DNA of 64,000 nt, taken from positions 1,558 to 65,557 of the forward strand of contig CANKJN010000001.1 of NCBI GenBank assembly GCA_947482345.1, written 5' to 3'. The DNA is from Spartobacteria bacterium (GTDB taxonomy: Bacteria > Verrucomicrobiota > Verrucomicrobiia > Chthoniobacterales > UBA6821). Below, in pieces: positions 36,323 to 45,335 of this stretch; the stretch's first letter is position 1; each line of letters opens with the position of its first letter. The notes under the pieces are model-generated. The model saw only the letters and a program-made list of their open reading frames with translations. It searched no databases and was not told where the DNA came from. The position numbers and the translations under genes are program-made.

Positions 36323-37219
36323 CTACGGCGTGTTCATCTTGCGTTGTATGAGCGTGCCAAAAATCCCAATAAATTCTTTATACTTAGGTGAGTTTCTCAC
36401 GTGTGCGTGCATTGACTGATTACTGTGACATTCAATGCAGAGGGCAATCAGGTTGTGATGGGAATTGTCGCTTCGGTTTCCATTTTTGTGATGAGCTTCC
36501 AAAAATCTCTTGTTGGATCCCGAGAGATCCAAGCCGCAATCTTGATTCATACATCTCCACTTAGCCTGTTCTCGTAGCGCGAAACTGATTTTTTCCCAGT
36601 TTGATGGGTAATTATTTACTGGAGATGTCATCTCCGTACTCGCTGGGAGATTTGTGAAGCTATGTACCTTGGGCTTGAGTTCAAAAAAATGAACTGGCTT
36701 GAATTTTGAAATGTATTCCTTGCGCTCAATAGCCCTCAACAATCTAAAATCATCGTGATTCAATTCATAAAGGCAGTAGGCGCATGCATTGAGGGGAACT
36801 TTAGTCGTTGTTTTTTGACCATCACGGAAAAGGTTTATTTGGAAGGATCCCGTCATTTCAGCGGCAACTTTATATCTATGAAAGCGCTGACTCTTCTGCA
36901 TTTGGACAAGTGTCTTGCAGTTGAAGAAGTGGTATTTAGGATAGTTGTCCTCGATGGATTTATTGTTATATATATGCTTGTCTCTTATGTATAAGAGAAC
37001 ACGCCTTTCCTTAAAGGCGATTGTGCCGTCAGGAAGTTGCGTGAGATCACTGAGCTCAATCTCGACACCTTCTCCCGATTCCAGTTTCTTTAATTCATCC
37101 AGTGTTAGGCCGGAAGTGATCTGAGTCGGCTTGTAGTCACCATACTCATCGGTGGACAGCCCCATCAGGGACTTCAATCCGTTAAGTCCGCTATCGAGTT
37201 TGAAGTCGGGAAGCATCAT
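36323..37219 (-). CDS. HNH nuclease-domain protein (ZorE-like position)
   Basis: C-terminal HNH: RCMNQDCGLDLSGSNKRFLEAHHKNGNRSDNSHHNLIALCIECHSNQ. Unknown N-terminal domain of about 230 aa. The start is uncertain (ATG at 37264, 37219, 37216 or 37165) and overlaps the upstream gene end (37191). AT-rich. Confidence 0.75.
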   Translation of the reverse strand: MMLPDFKLDSGLNGLKSLMGLSTDEYGDYKPTQITSGLTLDELKKLESGEGVEIELSDLTQLPDGTIAFKERRVLLYIRDKHIYNNKSIEDNYPKYHFFNCKTLVQMQKSQRFHRYKVAAEMTGSFQINLFRDGQKTTTKVPLNACAYCLYELNHDDFRLLRAIERKEYISKFKPVHFFELKPKVHSFTNLPASTEMTSPVNNYPSNWEKISFALREQAKWRCMNQDCGLDLSGSNKRFLEAHHKNGNRSDNSHHNLIALCIECHSNQSMHAHVRNSPKYKEFIGIFGTLIQRKMNTP

Positions 37220-38084
37220 TATTCTTGGCCTTTTCAAGAATGTCCGAAAACTTTTCGTCCGCATTGGTCCTTACTCGAAATTCCACACGCTGAGAGCGAA
37301 CCGGATCTTCTTTTCCAGAGCTATCTTTTTTTATTTTGGAAGACGATAGTCCATTCGCAGTTAAGTGAGTGATTACCCAACTTCGAATTTCGGGAGCCTT
37401 CAAAGACTTTAGTGAAAGCAAATAGCCCAATGTTTGCCTAGTTCGCGATTGCGATAACTCCATATTCTTGATGTAAGCATCATCAGGGTTAGCATTTTCC
37501 CATGTCGAGGAGGTATGCCCTTCGATCCTGACCTCTTCGATGCTATCTGTGTATTGCTGGCTTCTTAGGATTTCTATGTATCGAGGAAAAAACTCGTCCA
37601 GGATTGCCTGGAATTTTGGTTTGAGAGAATCTTGGCCGACATCAAATAAAACATCAGGCTCTTTGAAGCTTATACTTAAGTCTTGTGGATTAATCTCCGC
37701 ACCCCAGCTCATTATTTTATCCCCAAATGCTTTCGTAAGATCATCATATAAAAGTTTTTTGGTGTTGTCATAAGTTGCCGCAATATCAGATATACTCCCC
37801 TCTTTATTCTTTAACTTTTCAAGCAATGCCTTATTTAGTTTTTGAAGAGCTTCAAGTTCTATTTGAGCAGCATTTTTTTGAGCTTCTGCTGTCCTTTGTG
37901 CCTCATAGCTTTTTTTAATTACATCTATCTCGTGTGTTTTATTTCTTTGAACCTGAACCATGTAAAGCACAGCTATCAGCAAGAAAACCAACATCAGTCC
38001 AGTCATTAGATCGCTTAGAGGAATCCAGTGATCGTCTTTGGAACCACCGCCACCCTTGCCTGATAAGATGTCTTTCAGAGACAT
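37191..38084 (-). CDS. MotB/OmpA-like protein (ZorB-like)
   Basis: 297 aa. N-terminal TM with a conserved Asp (DDHWIPLSDLMTGLMLVFLLIAVLY) and a coiled-coil linker. C-terminal OmpA-like fold (LFDVGQDSLKPKF..., EEVRIEGHTSS, NMELSQSRTRQ, SQRVEFRV). Confidence 0.8.
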   Translation of the reverse strand: MSLKDILSGKGGGGSKDDHWIPLSDLMTGLMLVFLLIAVLYMVQVQRNKTHEIDVIKKSYEAQRTAEAQKNAAQIELEALQKLNKALLEKLKNKEGSISDIAATYDNTKKLLYDDLTKAFGDKIMSWGAEINPQDLSISFKEPDVLFDVGQDSLKPKFQAILDEFFPRYIEILRSQQYTDSIEEVRIEGHTSSTWENANPDDAYIKNMELSQSRTRQTLGYLLSLKSLKAPEIRSWVITHLTANGLSSSKIKKDSSGKEDPVRSQRVEFRVRTNADEKFSDILEKAKNNDASRLQTR

Positions 38085-38090
38085 ATCTGC

Positions 38091-39326
38091 TTAGCGAGGT
38101 GTCATGTTTACCAATTGACGCAGCTTTTCTGTCAACGGCGTGTAGTCCTGAACAAATCTCTGAGATAGAGCTGTGAGTTGTGAGCCCAAGGAACTCAACG
38201 ATTTGTTGAGCTCTTCAGACAAGGCTTTATCCAACAAGACGACATTCTCTCGGGCTTTGTCTGCAAGTTCAGTGAACTGCTTCCCGCACTGATCATTCGC
38301 CTCCAGAAGACCCCGGTTGAGGTCTGCAAGCATATCCTTGATTTTGGAGGCGCTACTCTCAATAGCTGAATTCAGCGCTGTTTGATTACCCGTCATCGCG
38401 GAGGATAGCTGATCCGTGATCGCCATGATTTTCTTCTCGATTTCGGGCATGCTTCCGGAAGCGTTCTTAAGAAGATTCCCCAGTTCCTCCGAGACTCTGG
38501 CGAGGTTCTTTTTCTCAGAATCAAGATGAACAATCATCTTCCCGAGATCCGTAGCTATTTCCGTAAATTTTCCAGACTCATGAATGACCTGTGCATAGTC
38601 TGCCGATGCCTTGGTGAGTAAATCCGTTGTTTTAGTGAGCTCTGCCTGAGTTTGCTCCAACGTGGCCCTGTAGTTATCCTGCCATTGAAGAAGCTTCCCA
38701 ACGGCGAGATTGAGTTCCTTGAAATTATCCCCGAATTGCTCGGTGATCTTCTGATTGAAATCCTTGATCACCTCGCTGAGCGCCTCCACCAGAGCTTTGG
38801 AACTCATTTGTGAGAGCTGATCCAATGCGGCCACCTGTGCTGCCTTCAACTGATCGAGTCTCTCATTGGTATCCGCTCTTGTGAGCTTTACTTGGGAGAT
38901 CAGAGTCCCATCTTCACTTCCTACTAGTCCTTCCCTAATTGCATGAAGGGACTTGAGAAGATCTGCGGCAGAAACCTCGTCCGCATGCGTGATTCCTCCC
39001 TCGATGATCTCGTGGCCATACAAATAGTCCCTACACTTAATGCTCAATGCGCCAGCCACTCCGAAGACGGATCCCCAAAAGGCCGTCTGTAGACTTTGTA
39101 AAAGTTGAGGAATGCTAGATGAAATGAGATCCACGTTCGAGAGTTTCAGGTCCGAAAGCCCCCATGCAACTCCTACAAAAGTAGCCAGAATACCCAGCGT
39201 GGTCAGAATCGCTGGAGCCTGAGCAACCGTTCTGGCATTGAACCTTTTATGAAAACCGATCGTAGCGGCGATGATCGTTCCTACGAAAAGCGTGGTGAGA
39301 AACTCCGGCTGCATAGTGTGGGTCAT
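38091..39326 (-). CDS. MotA/ExbB-like channel protein with a long coiled-coil tail of about 300 aa (ZorA-like, compact)
   Basis: 411 aa. Three TMs in the first 110 aa or so, including an ExbB/MotA-style hairpin (APAILTTLGILATFVGVAWGL ... LQTAFWGSVFGVAGALSI). The rest is Q/E/K/L/A-rich helical sequence. 6-nt gap to the MotB-like gene. Confidence 0.7.
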   Translation of the reverse strand: MTHTMQPEFLTTLFVGTIIAATIGFHKRFNARTVAQAPAILTTLGILATFVGVAWGLSDLKLSNVDLISSSIPQLLQSLQTAFWGSVFGVAGALSIKCRDYLYGHEIIEGGITHADEVSAADLLKSLHAIREGLVGSEDGTLISQVKLTRADTNERLDQLKAAQVAALDQLSQMSSKALVEALSEVIKDFNQKITEQFGDNFKELNLAVGKLLQWQDNYRATLEQTQAELTKTTDLLTKASADYAQVIHESGKFTEIATDLGKMIVHLDSEKKNLARVSEELGNLLKNASGSMPEIEKKIMAITDQLSSAMTGNQTALNSAIESSASKIKDMLADLNRGLLEANDQCGKQFTELADKARENVVLLDKALSEELNKSLSSLGSQLTALSQRFVQDYTPLTEKLRQLVNMTPR

Positions 39327-39371
39327 TATTTAACACCCTGTTGTCAGAAAACGAGCATGATCTATGATGAA

Positions 39372-39386
39372 GATCACATTGTGATC
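39372..39386. promoter_or_regulatory. Perfect palindrome GATCACA-T-TGTGATC upstream of the MotA-like gene (candidate operator)
   Basis: 7-bp arms around a central T, 46-60 nt upstream of the ATG at 39326. Function is inferred only. Confidence 0.3.
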
Positions 39387-39449
39387 GCCACTTGATGCCC
39401 GGCCATGACGTCCTCCTTAAAAAGGGCGTCAAGCTTGGATGGAGAGTTG

Positions 39450-39478
39450 GGCGCCCAAGCTCAGCTGTATGAGACATA
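39450..39478. repeat. 29-bp direct repeat, copy A (GGCGCCCAAGCTCAGCTGTATGAGACATA)
   Basis: 27 of 29 positions identical to 40052-40080, in the same orientation. The next 18 nt or so are partly similar too. Confidence 0.75.
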
Positions 39479-39551
39479 ATGTGAGCGAAAGCGACCTTAG
39501 CTACAACGTCTACCCCTTGATTTCAGCCACTATCGGTCATAACCTCTTCCC

Positions 39552-39749
39552 ATGAGCATTCAGGAAATCGAGAACGCCGTGTCGAAGCTCTCTGCGCAGG
39601 AGCTTTCCGTTTTCTCCCAATGGTTCGAGGAATATGTGGCGGACCAATGGGATCGCCAGATCGAGCGTGATGCCACCGCTGGACGCCTGAACGAGTCTCT
39701 CAATCGGGCAGGGGAACATCGTGAGGCGGGACGCGTCACCCCCCTTTGA
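39552..39749 (+). CDS. Type II antitoxin (addiction-module component)
   Basis: 65 aa. MSIQEIENAVSKLSAQELSVFSQWFEEY pattern. Its stop overlaps the toxin TTG start (TTGA). Confidence 0.7.
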   Translation: MSIQEIENAVSKLSAQELSVFSQWFEEYVADQWDRQIERDATAGRLNESLNRAGEHREAGRVTPL

Positions 39750-40006
39750 ACCACTACGCTGATCCTGATTTCTGGGCAGCCTATAAGAGGCTCCCCGATG
39801 CAATCCGTGATCTGGCGGACAAAAACTTTGCGCTCCTGAAGGCGGATCCCAGTCACCCTTCTCTCCGCTTCAAAAAGATCGGGCGAGTTCACTCTGTGCG
39901 TGTGGGTCTGCATTACCGAGCTCTGGCCATGGATCACCCGGACGGACTCCAATGGTTCTGGATCGGACACCATTCCGACTACGACCGCCTGCTCTCTGGA
40001 AAATAG
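39746..40006 (+). CDS. ParE/RelE-family type II toxin
   Basis: 86 aa. SLRFKKIGRVHSVRVGLHYRALAMDHPDGLQWFWIGHHSDYDRLL is characteristic of ParE-like toxins. Confidence 0.75.
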   Translation: MNHYADPDFWAAYKRLPDAIRDLADKNFALLKADPSHPSLRFKKIGRVHSVRVGLHYRALAMDHPDGLQWFWIGHHSDYDRLLSGK

Positions 40007-40051
40007 GAATGTTTTGGAATCCCCTGCGCAGGGATTTTTGATGCGGGGCTA

Positions 40052-40080
40052 GGCGCCCAAGCGCGGCTGTATGAGACATA
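40052..40080. repeat. 29-bp direct repeat, copy B (GGCGCCCAAGCGCGGCTGTATGAGACATA)
   Basis: Pairs with 39450-39478. Together the two copies bracket the toxin-antitoxin cassette. Confidence 0.75.
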
Positions 40081-40134
40081 CTGCAAGCGCAGGGCAACAA
40101 CGCCCCGGGCAAAAAGCGCAAGCATGTTGAACTC

Positions 40135-42147
40135 TTATGAGTTCAACATAGCCCGCATTTGTGCGAATCCGTCTAGAATGTCCGCCTCCTCCATCGGGGC
40201 GGAAAGAATCTCCTCAATGCTTCCCGACTCGACCCCCTCGCCGGCAAGTTCCAGCAGGAATGAGCTGGGGGTGCAGGACATGACGCTGCCGAATTTCCTG
40301 CGGGTGGCGCAGTGGGTGATGGTAAGGCGGTGGCGGGCGCGGGTGATGCCGACATAGAGGAGGCGGCGCTCTTCGTCGATGGTCCCCTCGCTCTTGGAGC
40401 GTTCGTGGGGGAGCAGTCCTTCCTCGGCGCCGACAAGCCAGACTTCGGGATACTCAAGTCCCTTGGCTGCGTGGAGGGTGATGAGGGTGACGCCGTCGCG
40501 TTCCTCGGCCTTCTCCTCTTCCTTCTCCTGCTCGAGCATGAGGCCGTCGAGGAAGCCGCGCGCGCCCTCCTTGGGATGGCGCTGGCAGTAGCCGCTCAGG
40601 GCATTGAGCAGCTCGCGGACATTCTCCTGGCGGTTGTCGGATTCCTCGTCGGTCTTGCAGCTCTTCTTGAGGTCCTCGAAGTAGCCGCACTCATCGAGAA
40701 TGCTTCTGAGGATGGCGGCGGCATCGGCCCCCGGCGTCTGAAGCTGGATGCGGTAGGCGCCCCAGTCCTCGGTGAAACGCTGGATGGCTCCCCTGGTTCT
40801 GGATGAGCTGACATCGAGATGTTCGGGGTCGTTCAGGATGGCGAGGAGCCCCTTGCCGTTCTTCGCGCCGGCCTCGGTCGCAAGCTGGAGCGTGGCGGCC
40901 CCGATGCCTCGCGGGGGATTGGCCAGCACGCGCAGGAGGGCGTTGTCATCGTCGGGATTGAGGAGGGCCCCCAGGTAGGCGACGACATCCTTCACTTCGC
41001 GACGGTCGAAGAAGCTCTTCCCCCCCACCACGCGGTAGGGGATGCGGCGCTCGCGCAGGACCTCCTCGAACTGCCGCGACTGGGCGTTCATCCGGTAGAG
41101 GATGGCGAAGTCGGTCCAGGGGCGGGCCTTGGAACTCTGCGGCCCCGAGGACTGGATCTCGTCGGCGATGAACTCGGCCTCGGTCTTGTCATCGGCCGCC
41201 GAGAGGATGCGGACGGGGTCGCCGTCGGTGCGGTCGCTCCAGAGGTTCTTACCGCGGCGGCGGGCGTTGTTCTTGATGAGCCGGTTGGCGACCTTGAGGA
41301 TGACGTCGGTGCTGCGGTAGTTCTGCTCGAGCTTGATGACCTCGGGATCGGGGAAATGCCGCTCGAACTCGAGGAGGTTGGAGGCCTCGGCGCCCCGCCA
41401 TCCGTAGATGCTCTGGTCATCGTCGCCGACGACGCAGATGTTCGGCCGCTCGTCGCCTGCCAGCAGGCTCACCAGCTCGAGCTGCAGCTTGTTGGTGTCC
41501 TGAAACTCATCCACCATGATGTGCTGGTAACGGGATCTCAGGTCCTCGCGGGCCTCGGGATGATCGCGAAGGAGCTCGCGGGCCTTGAGCAGGAGGTCGT
41601 CGAAGTCCATGGCGTTGAGCGTGCGCAGTTCGCTCTGGTACTTGGAGAAGAGGCTGCCGAGCGCCGTGCCGGTCTCCTCGGGTTCGCCGATGCCGAAGTT
41701 CTTCGCCTTGCTGATCACGTTGCGGGCGAGATTCGGATCCAGTGGGTTCTCCTTGTCGTGGATGCGCGCCGCCAGCTTCTTCATGAGCCCCATCTGGTCG
41801 GACTCGTCGAAGATGCTGAAGTTCTCCTTGTAGCCGAGGAGGTGGGCATGCTTCCGCAGCATGCGGACGCAGAGCGCATGGAAGGTGGAGAGGGTGATGA
41901 GCTTCGCCTGCTCGGAGTTCACGGAGCCCGCGACGCGTTCGCGCATCTCCTTGGCCGCTTTATTGGTGAAGGTGACGGCGAGGATCGAGGCGGGATCGAC
42001 TCCCTGGGCCACGAGCCACGCGATGCGCGCCGTGAGGACGCGTGTCTTCCCCGTGCCGGCGCCGGCGAGTATCAGCATCGGCCCGTCACCGTGGGTCGCG
42101 GCACGGTACTGCTCGGGGTTGAGATCGAAGAGGCGGAAGGAGGACAA
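40135..42147 (-). CDS. uvrD: UvrD/PcrA/Rep-family ATP-dependent DNA helicase
   Basis: 670 aa. Walker A ILAGAGTGKTRVLTARIAWL, TFHALC, MVDEFQDTN, QNYRST, TLHAAKGLEY, VGITRAR. Confidence 0.95.
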   Translation of the reverse strand: MSSFRLFDLNPEQYRAATHGDGPMLILAGAGTGKTRVLTARIAWLVAQGVDPASILAVTFTNKAAKEMRERVAGSVNSEQAKLITLSTFHALCVRMLRKHAHLLGYKENFSIFDESDQMGLMKKLAARIHDKENPLDPNLARNVISKAKNFGIGEPEETGTALGSLFSKYQSELRTLNAMDFDDLLLKARELLRDHPEAREDLRSRYQHIMVDEFQDTNKLQLELVSLLAGDERPNICVVGDDDQSIYGWRGAEASNLLEFERHFPDPEVIKLEQNYRSTDVILKVANRLIKNNARRRGKNLWSDRTDGDPVRILSAADDKTEAEFIADEIQSSGPQSSKARPWTDFAILYRMNAQSRQFEEVLRERRIPYRVVGGKSFFDRREVKDVVAYLGALLNPDDDNALLRVLANPPRGIGAATLQLATEAGAKNGKGLLAILNDPEHLDVSSSRTRGAIQRFTEDWGAYRIQLQTPGADAAAILRSILDECGYFEDLKKSCKTDEESDNRQENVRELLNALSGYCQRHPKEGARGFLDGLMLEQEKEEEKAEERDGVTLITLHAAKGLEYPEVWLVGAEEGLLPHERSKSEGTIDEERRLLYVGITRARHRLTITHCATRRKFGSVMSCTPSSFLLELAGEGVESGSIEEILSAPMEEADILDGFAQMRAMLNS

Positions 42148-42202
42148 AACGGAAAAGATGAGGGATGAAGGATGAAAGCTGAAACCGGGAGGACAGAGAG
42201 TA

Positions 42203-42345
42203 ATCAGGAAATCAGGATATCAGGAAGACGTGATGGGAGGGAAATCTGCCCTCCAACGGTGAAAAGGCTTGGCAGTGAAGTGGCAATTACTCTCCACCGA
42301 TCCCAAATGCCCCATGGCCCCTCCGCCTTTTCCTGATTTCCTGAT
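42203..42345. repeat. Inverted repeat with 15-nt perfect arms built from ATCAGGAA units
   Basis: ATCAGGAAATCAGGA (42203-42217) is the exact reverse complement of TCCTGATTTCCTGAT (42331-42345). Lies between the purN stop and the uvrD start. The left arm region resembles 19325-19352. Confidence 0.6.
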
Positions 42346-42352
42346 AAAAATT

Positions 42353-43015
42353 TCAGGATTCTTTCCCGATCGTTTGCCCAAATTCGCGAATGATCCGCGG
42401 GTAGAGTTCGTGCTCGGCGATCTGGATGCGGGCGTGGAGTGACTCCGCCGTGTCGCCCGGGAGGACTGGAACGCGGCTCTGCCCGAGGATCGCGCCGGTA
42501 TCGACCCCGGCATCGACGAGGTGAACGGTGCAGCCTGCCTCGGGGACTCCCGCCTCAAGAGCCTGACGCCATGCTTCCAGTCCCCGGAAAGATGGCAGCA
42601 GAGAGGGATGGATGTTCAGGATCCGTCCCGGAAAGGCGCGAAGCAGCGGTTCCTTGATGACGCGCATGAATCCCGCAAGGACGACGAAATCGACCCCCGC
42701 ATCACGGAGCAACCGGACAATTTCCTCCTCGGCTTCCGGGGCCATCTTCGTACGGAAGGGACCCGGTGACACAAATTGACCGGGGATCCCGAACTCCTCG
42801 GCAAGAGGAAGGATGCCTGCGGTCTCGATATCCGAGAGAACGATCACCGGTTCGCTCCCGAGGGTGCCGCCGCGCCATGCCTCGGCCAAGGCACGGAAGT
42901 TGGATCCCTTCCCGGAACCAAGAACGCCGAATCGGGGCCCCCTATTGCCGGGTGAAATGGAAAACCCCGGCCTGGAAGGACCGGGGTTATTCATCCCTTG
43001 CGGGGAAAGACTCAA
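42353..43015 (-). CDS. purN: Phosphoribosylglycinamide formyltransferase
   Basis: 220 aa. GSGKGSNF, ILNIHPSLLPSFRGLEAWRQALEAG, GCTVHLVDAGVDTGAIL. The exact start is uncertain. Confidence 0.9.
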   Translation of the reverse strand: MSLSPQGMNNPGPSRPGFSISPGNRGPRFGVLGSGKGSNFRALAEAWRGGTLGSEPVIVLSDIETAGILPLAEEFGIPGQFVSPGPFRTKMAPEAEEEIVRLLRDAGVDFVVLAGFMRVIKEPLLRAFPGRILNIHPSLLPSFRGLEAWRQALEAGVPEAGCTVHLVDAGVDTGAILGQSRVPVLPGDTAESLHARIQIAEHELYPRIIREFGQTIGKES

Positions 43016-43027
43016 TGTGAGGCTCGG

Positions 43028-43282
<255 letters not shown>

Positions 43283-43318
43283 GGCAGTAGGTGGGTTGGG
43301 TTGAAAGTGGGGTTGAGA

Positions 43319-43633
43319 CTAGGCGGAGATCTTGGTGATCTTCAGCTTGGTGAGTTGGCGGCGATGGCCGACTGTGCGGTGGTAGCCCTTGCGGCGCCTG
43401 AACTTGAAAGCGATCACCTTGTCGTCCTTGTACTGTTCGACGACCTCGGCCTTGACGCTGGCTCCCGAGATGAGAGGGGCGCCGAGGTTGACCTTGTCGC
43501 CGTTCACGACGAGCAGGACGTCGCTGAAGGTGGTTTCTTTGCCGGCTTCGGCATGGAGCTTCTCGACACTCAGGACGTCTCCCTCGGAGACGCGGTACTG
43601 CTTGCCGCCGGTTTGGATGATTGCGTAGGACAT
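43319..43633 (-). CDS. rplU: 50S ribosomal protein L21
   Basis: Start at MSYAIIQTGGKQYRVSEGDVL. The track ORF carries 19 extra upstream codons. Confidence 0.95.
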   Translation of the reverse strand: MSYAIIQTGGKQYRVSEGDVLSVEKLHAEAGKETTFSDVLLVVNGDKVNLGAPLISGASVKAEVVEQYKDDKVIAFKFRRRKGYHRTVGHRRQLTKLKITKISA

Positions 43634-43755
43634 GGGAAATTCTTTGGAAAAAGGAGTGAGAGGATGCCACGTCCCGACAAGGACGTCCACAAAAATATTG
43701 GGTTTTTCTCTCTTGCTACCGCGCCGTCGTGACGTATGATGCCCGACCCATCAAT

Positions 43756-43839
43756 GCTCGGGTGGTGAAATGGCAGACACGTACGTTTGAGGGGCGTATG
43801 CCGAAAGGCATGGGGGTTCAAGTCCCCCCCCGAGCACCA
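43756..43839 (+). tRNA. tRNA-Leu (anticodon GAG), CCA encoded
   Basis: Hand-folded. Acceptor GCTCGGG/CCCGAGC. Anticodon stem TACGT/GCGTA with loop TTGAGGG (GAG at 43789-43791). Long variable arm TGCC-GAAA-GGCA. T-arm GGGGG-TTCAAGT-CCCCC. Discriminator A plus CCA. Confidence 0.88.
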
Positions 43840-44228
43840 CTTCTCCCGAAAGAAATCACCTTGGATCCTGCATGGATCAGGGATTGCCTCCGATCGCAAG
43901 TTTTTCGCTTGCCGCCCTCCAATACCCCGATTTGATCCGCCCCTTTTTGGATCTTCCTGCAAATTCACGTGACTTCACGAAGTCTTCCTTTCCTCCAGCT
44001 TCAAAATCTTTGAACCCCAGTTCCTAAGATGAAAGAGATGCAACCTACGAAAGGGATGAGTTGGTTAGAGTGCCGAAGGCAGACCGAGTGCGGCGATTTA
44101 CGAGTCTCATGGCAGTGAGTTAGACAATCCTTCCTTCCAGTCAGGAGATTGAGTCAACTCGCTCTGCTCAACTTCGGAGTTCGGGTTGAAGCGCCTTCCT
44201 TTTGTAGCCAGACCTTTACTGAAATTTA

Positions 44229-45335
44229 CTACGCCGCACTGGCAATCGTATCCTTTTCAACGAGGGGCCGCAATCCCAGCAGGGAACGTTGCCACGGCAG
44301 GAGGACGGGCGCGTCGGGATCGTTGGCGGCCGCTTCGAGGGCGGCCTTCGGGGCAAGGATGGAGGGATCGAGGTCGATCTCGCGGGCCACCTTGTCCCGG
44401 TGTTCCCGCAGTTGGTTGAAGCGGTCGACCTGCTCCTTGGTGGAGCGGATGCGCACTCCGCGGATGACCTTGGGCCATTCCTCCTCGGGTAAGGCCAGGG
44501 AGGTCTCGAGCGTTGCCTCGAGCCTTTCCATGCGGGGCTGGGGAAGTCGGGGGCGGGTGAACTTCCCTCCCTTGGAGGCCTCGTCGGCCAGGCGGAGGAG
44601 GTTCTCGTTGGAAAGGACATGGAAGGCAGGACGGTCCCAGGCGCGGGCCTCGGAGTCACGCCAGAGCCAGAGCGCCCGGAGCAGTGCCCAGCCGCGGCGG
44701 GAGAGGGCGGCATAGCCGGTCAGGCGCCAGAGGTTCTCCTCGTCACGTTGACGGGTCTCCCGGGTTCCCTTCACCATACGGTCGCGGGACTGGCAGTACC
44801 AGTCGAAGCGTCCGAGTTCCTCAAGCCTTGCACGGAGGATGCCGGCGAGTTGGGGCAGGAAGCGGACATCGTTGAGCGCGTATTCGACCATCTGGTCGGA
44901 GAGGGGGCGCTGGGCCCAGTTCGCCTTGCGCGAGGCCTTGGAAAGGGTGATGCCGAAGTATTTCTCCACCAGGCCGGCCAGACCGAGCTGGGGCTCGCCG
45001 CAGAGTCGTGCCGCGATCATCGTGTCGAAGATGTCCTCGTCGGGGAATTCCCCCGAGCGGCGGAGCAGGCGCAGGTCGTAGTCCGCGTCGTGGAAGAGGA
45101 TCGTCTTCCCCTTGAGCGAGGCGAAGAATTCCTCAAGCGGCAGCCCCGCCAGGGGATCGATCAGGCGCAGATCGGAGGCAAGTCCGGTCTGGGGTTCCTC
45201 GCCCCATCCGCTCTGGATGAGGCAGAGCTTCTCAAAGTAGCAGTGCAGGCTGTCGGCCTCGGTGTCGAGCGCGACCTGTGTCTGCGACGAGAGACCGTCG
45301 AGATAGTCCCGGAAAGCGGAGTCCCCGGCGATCAA
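44229..45335 (-). CDS. rnd: Ribonuclease D (DEDD 3'-5' exonuclease plus HRDC)
   Basis: Likely TTG start overlapping the nuoC TGA (TTGA at 45332-45335). Motifs ALDTEADSLHCYFEKLCLIQ, ILFHDADYDLRLL, YALNDVRFL. The upstream part of the track ORF overlaps nuoC out of frame. Confidence 0.85.
   Translation of the reverse strand: MIAGDSAFRDYLDGLSSQTQVALDTEADSLHCYFEKLCLIQSGWGEEPQTGLASDLRLIDPLAGLPLEEFFASLKGKTILFHDADYDLRLLRRSGEFPDEDIFDTMIAARLCGEPQLGLAGLVEKYFGITLSKASRKANWAQRPLSDQMVEYALNDVRFLPQLAGILRARLEELGRFDWYCQSRDRMVKGTRETRQRDEENLWRLTGYAALSRRGWALLRALWLWRDSEARAWDRPAFHVLSNENLLRLADEASKGGKFTRPRLPQPRMERLEATLETSLALPEEEWPKVIRGVRIRSTKEQVDRFNQLREHRDKVAREIDLDPSILAPKAALEAAANDPDAPVLLPWQRSLLGLRPLVEKDTIASAA

Noticed and set aside
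40819-42168. 449-aa plus-strand ORF
   Set aside because: Antisense to the uvrD/pcrA helicase gene.
43840-44228. Lower-GC non-coding stretch after tRNA-Leu as a possible integration scar
   Set aside because: I looked for a direct repeat of the tRNA 3' end (GGTTCAAGTCCCCC...), for an integrase gene, and for a matching repeat near the 35-40 kb island. I found none.
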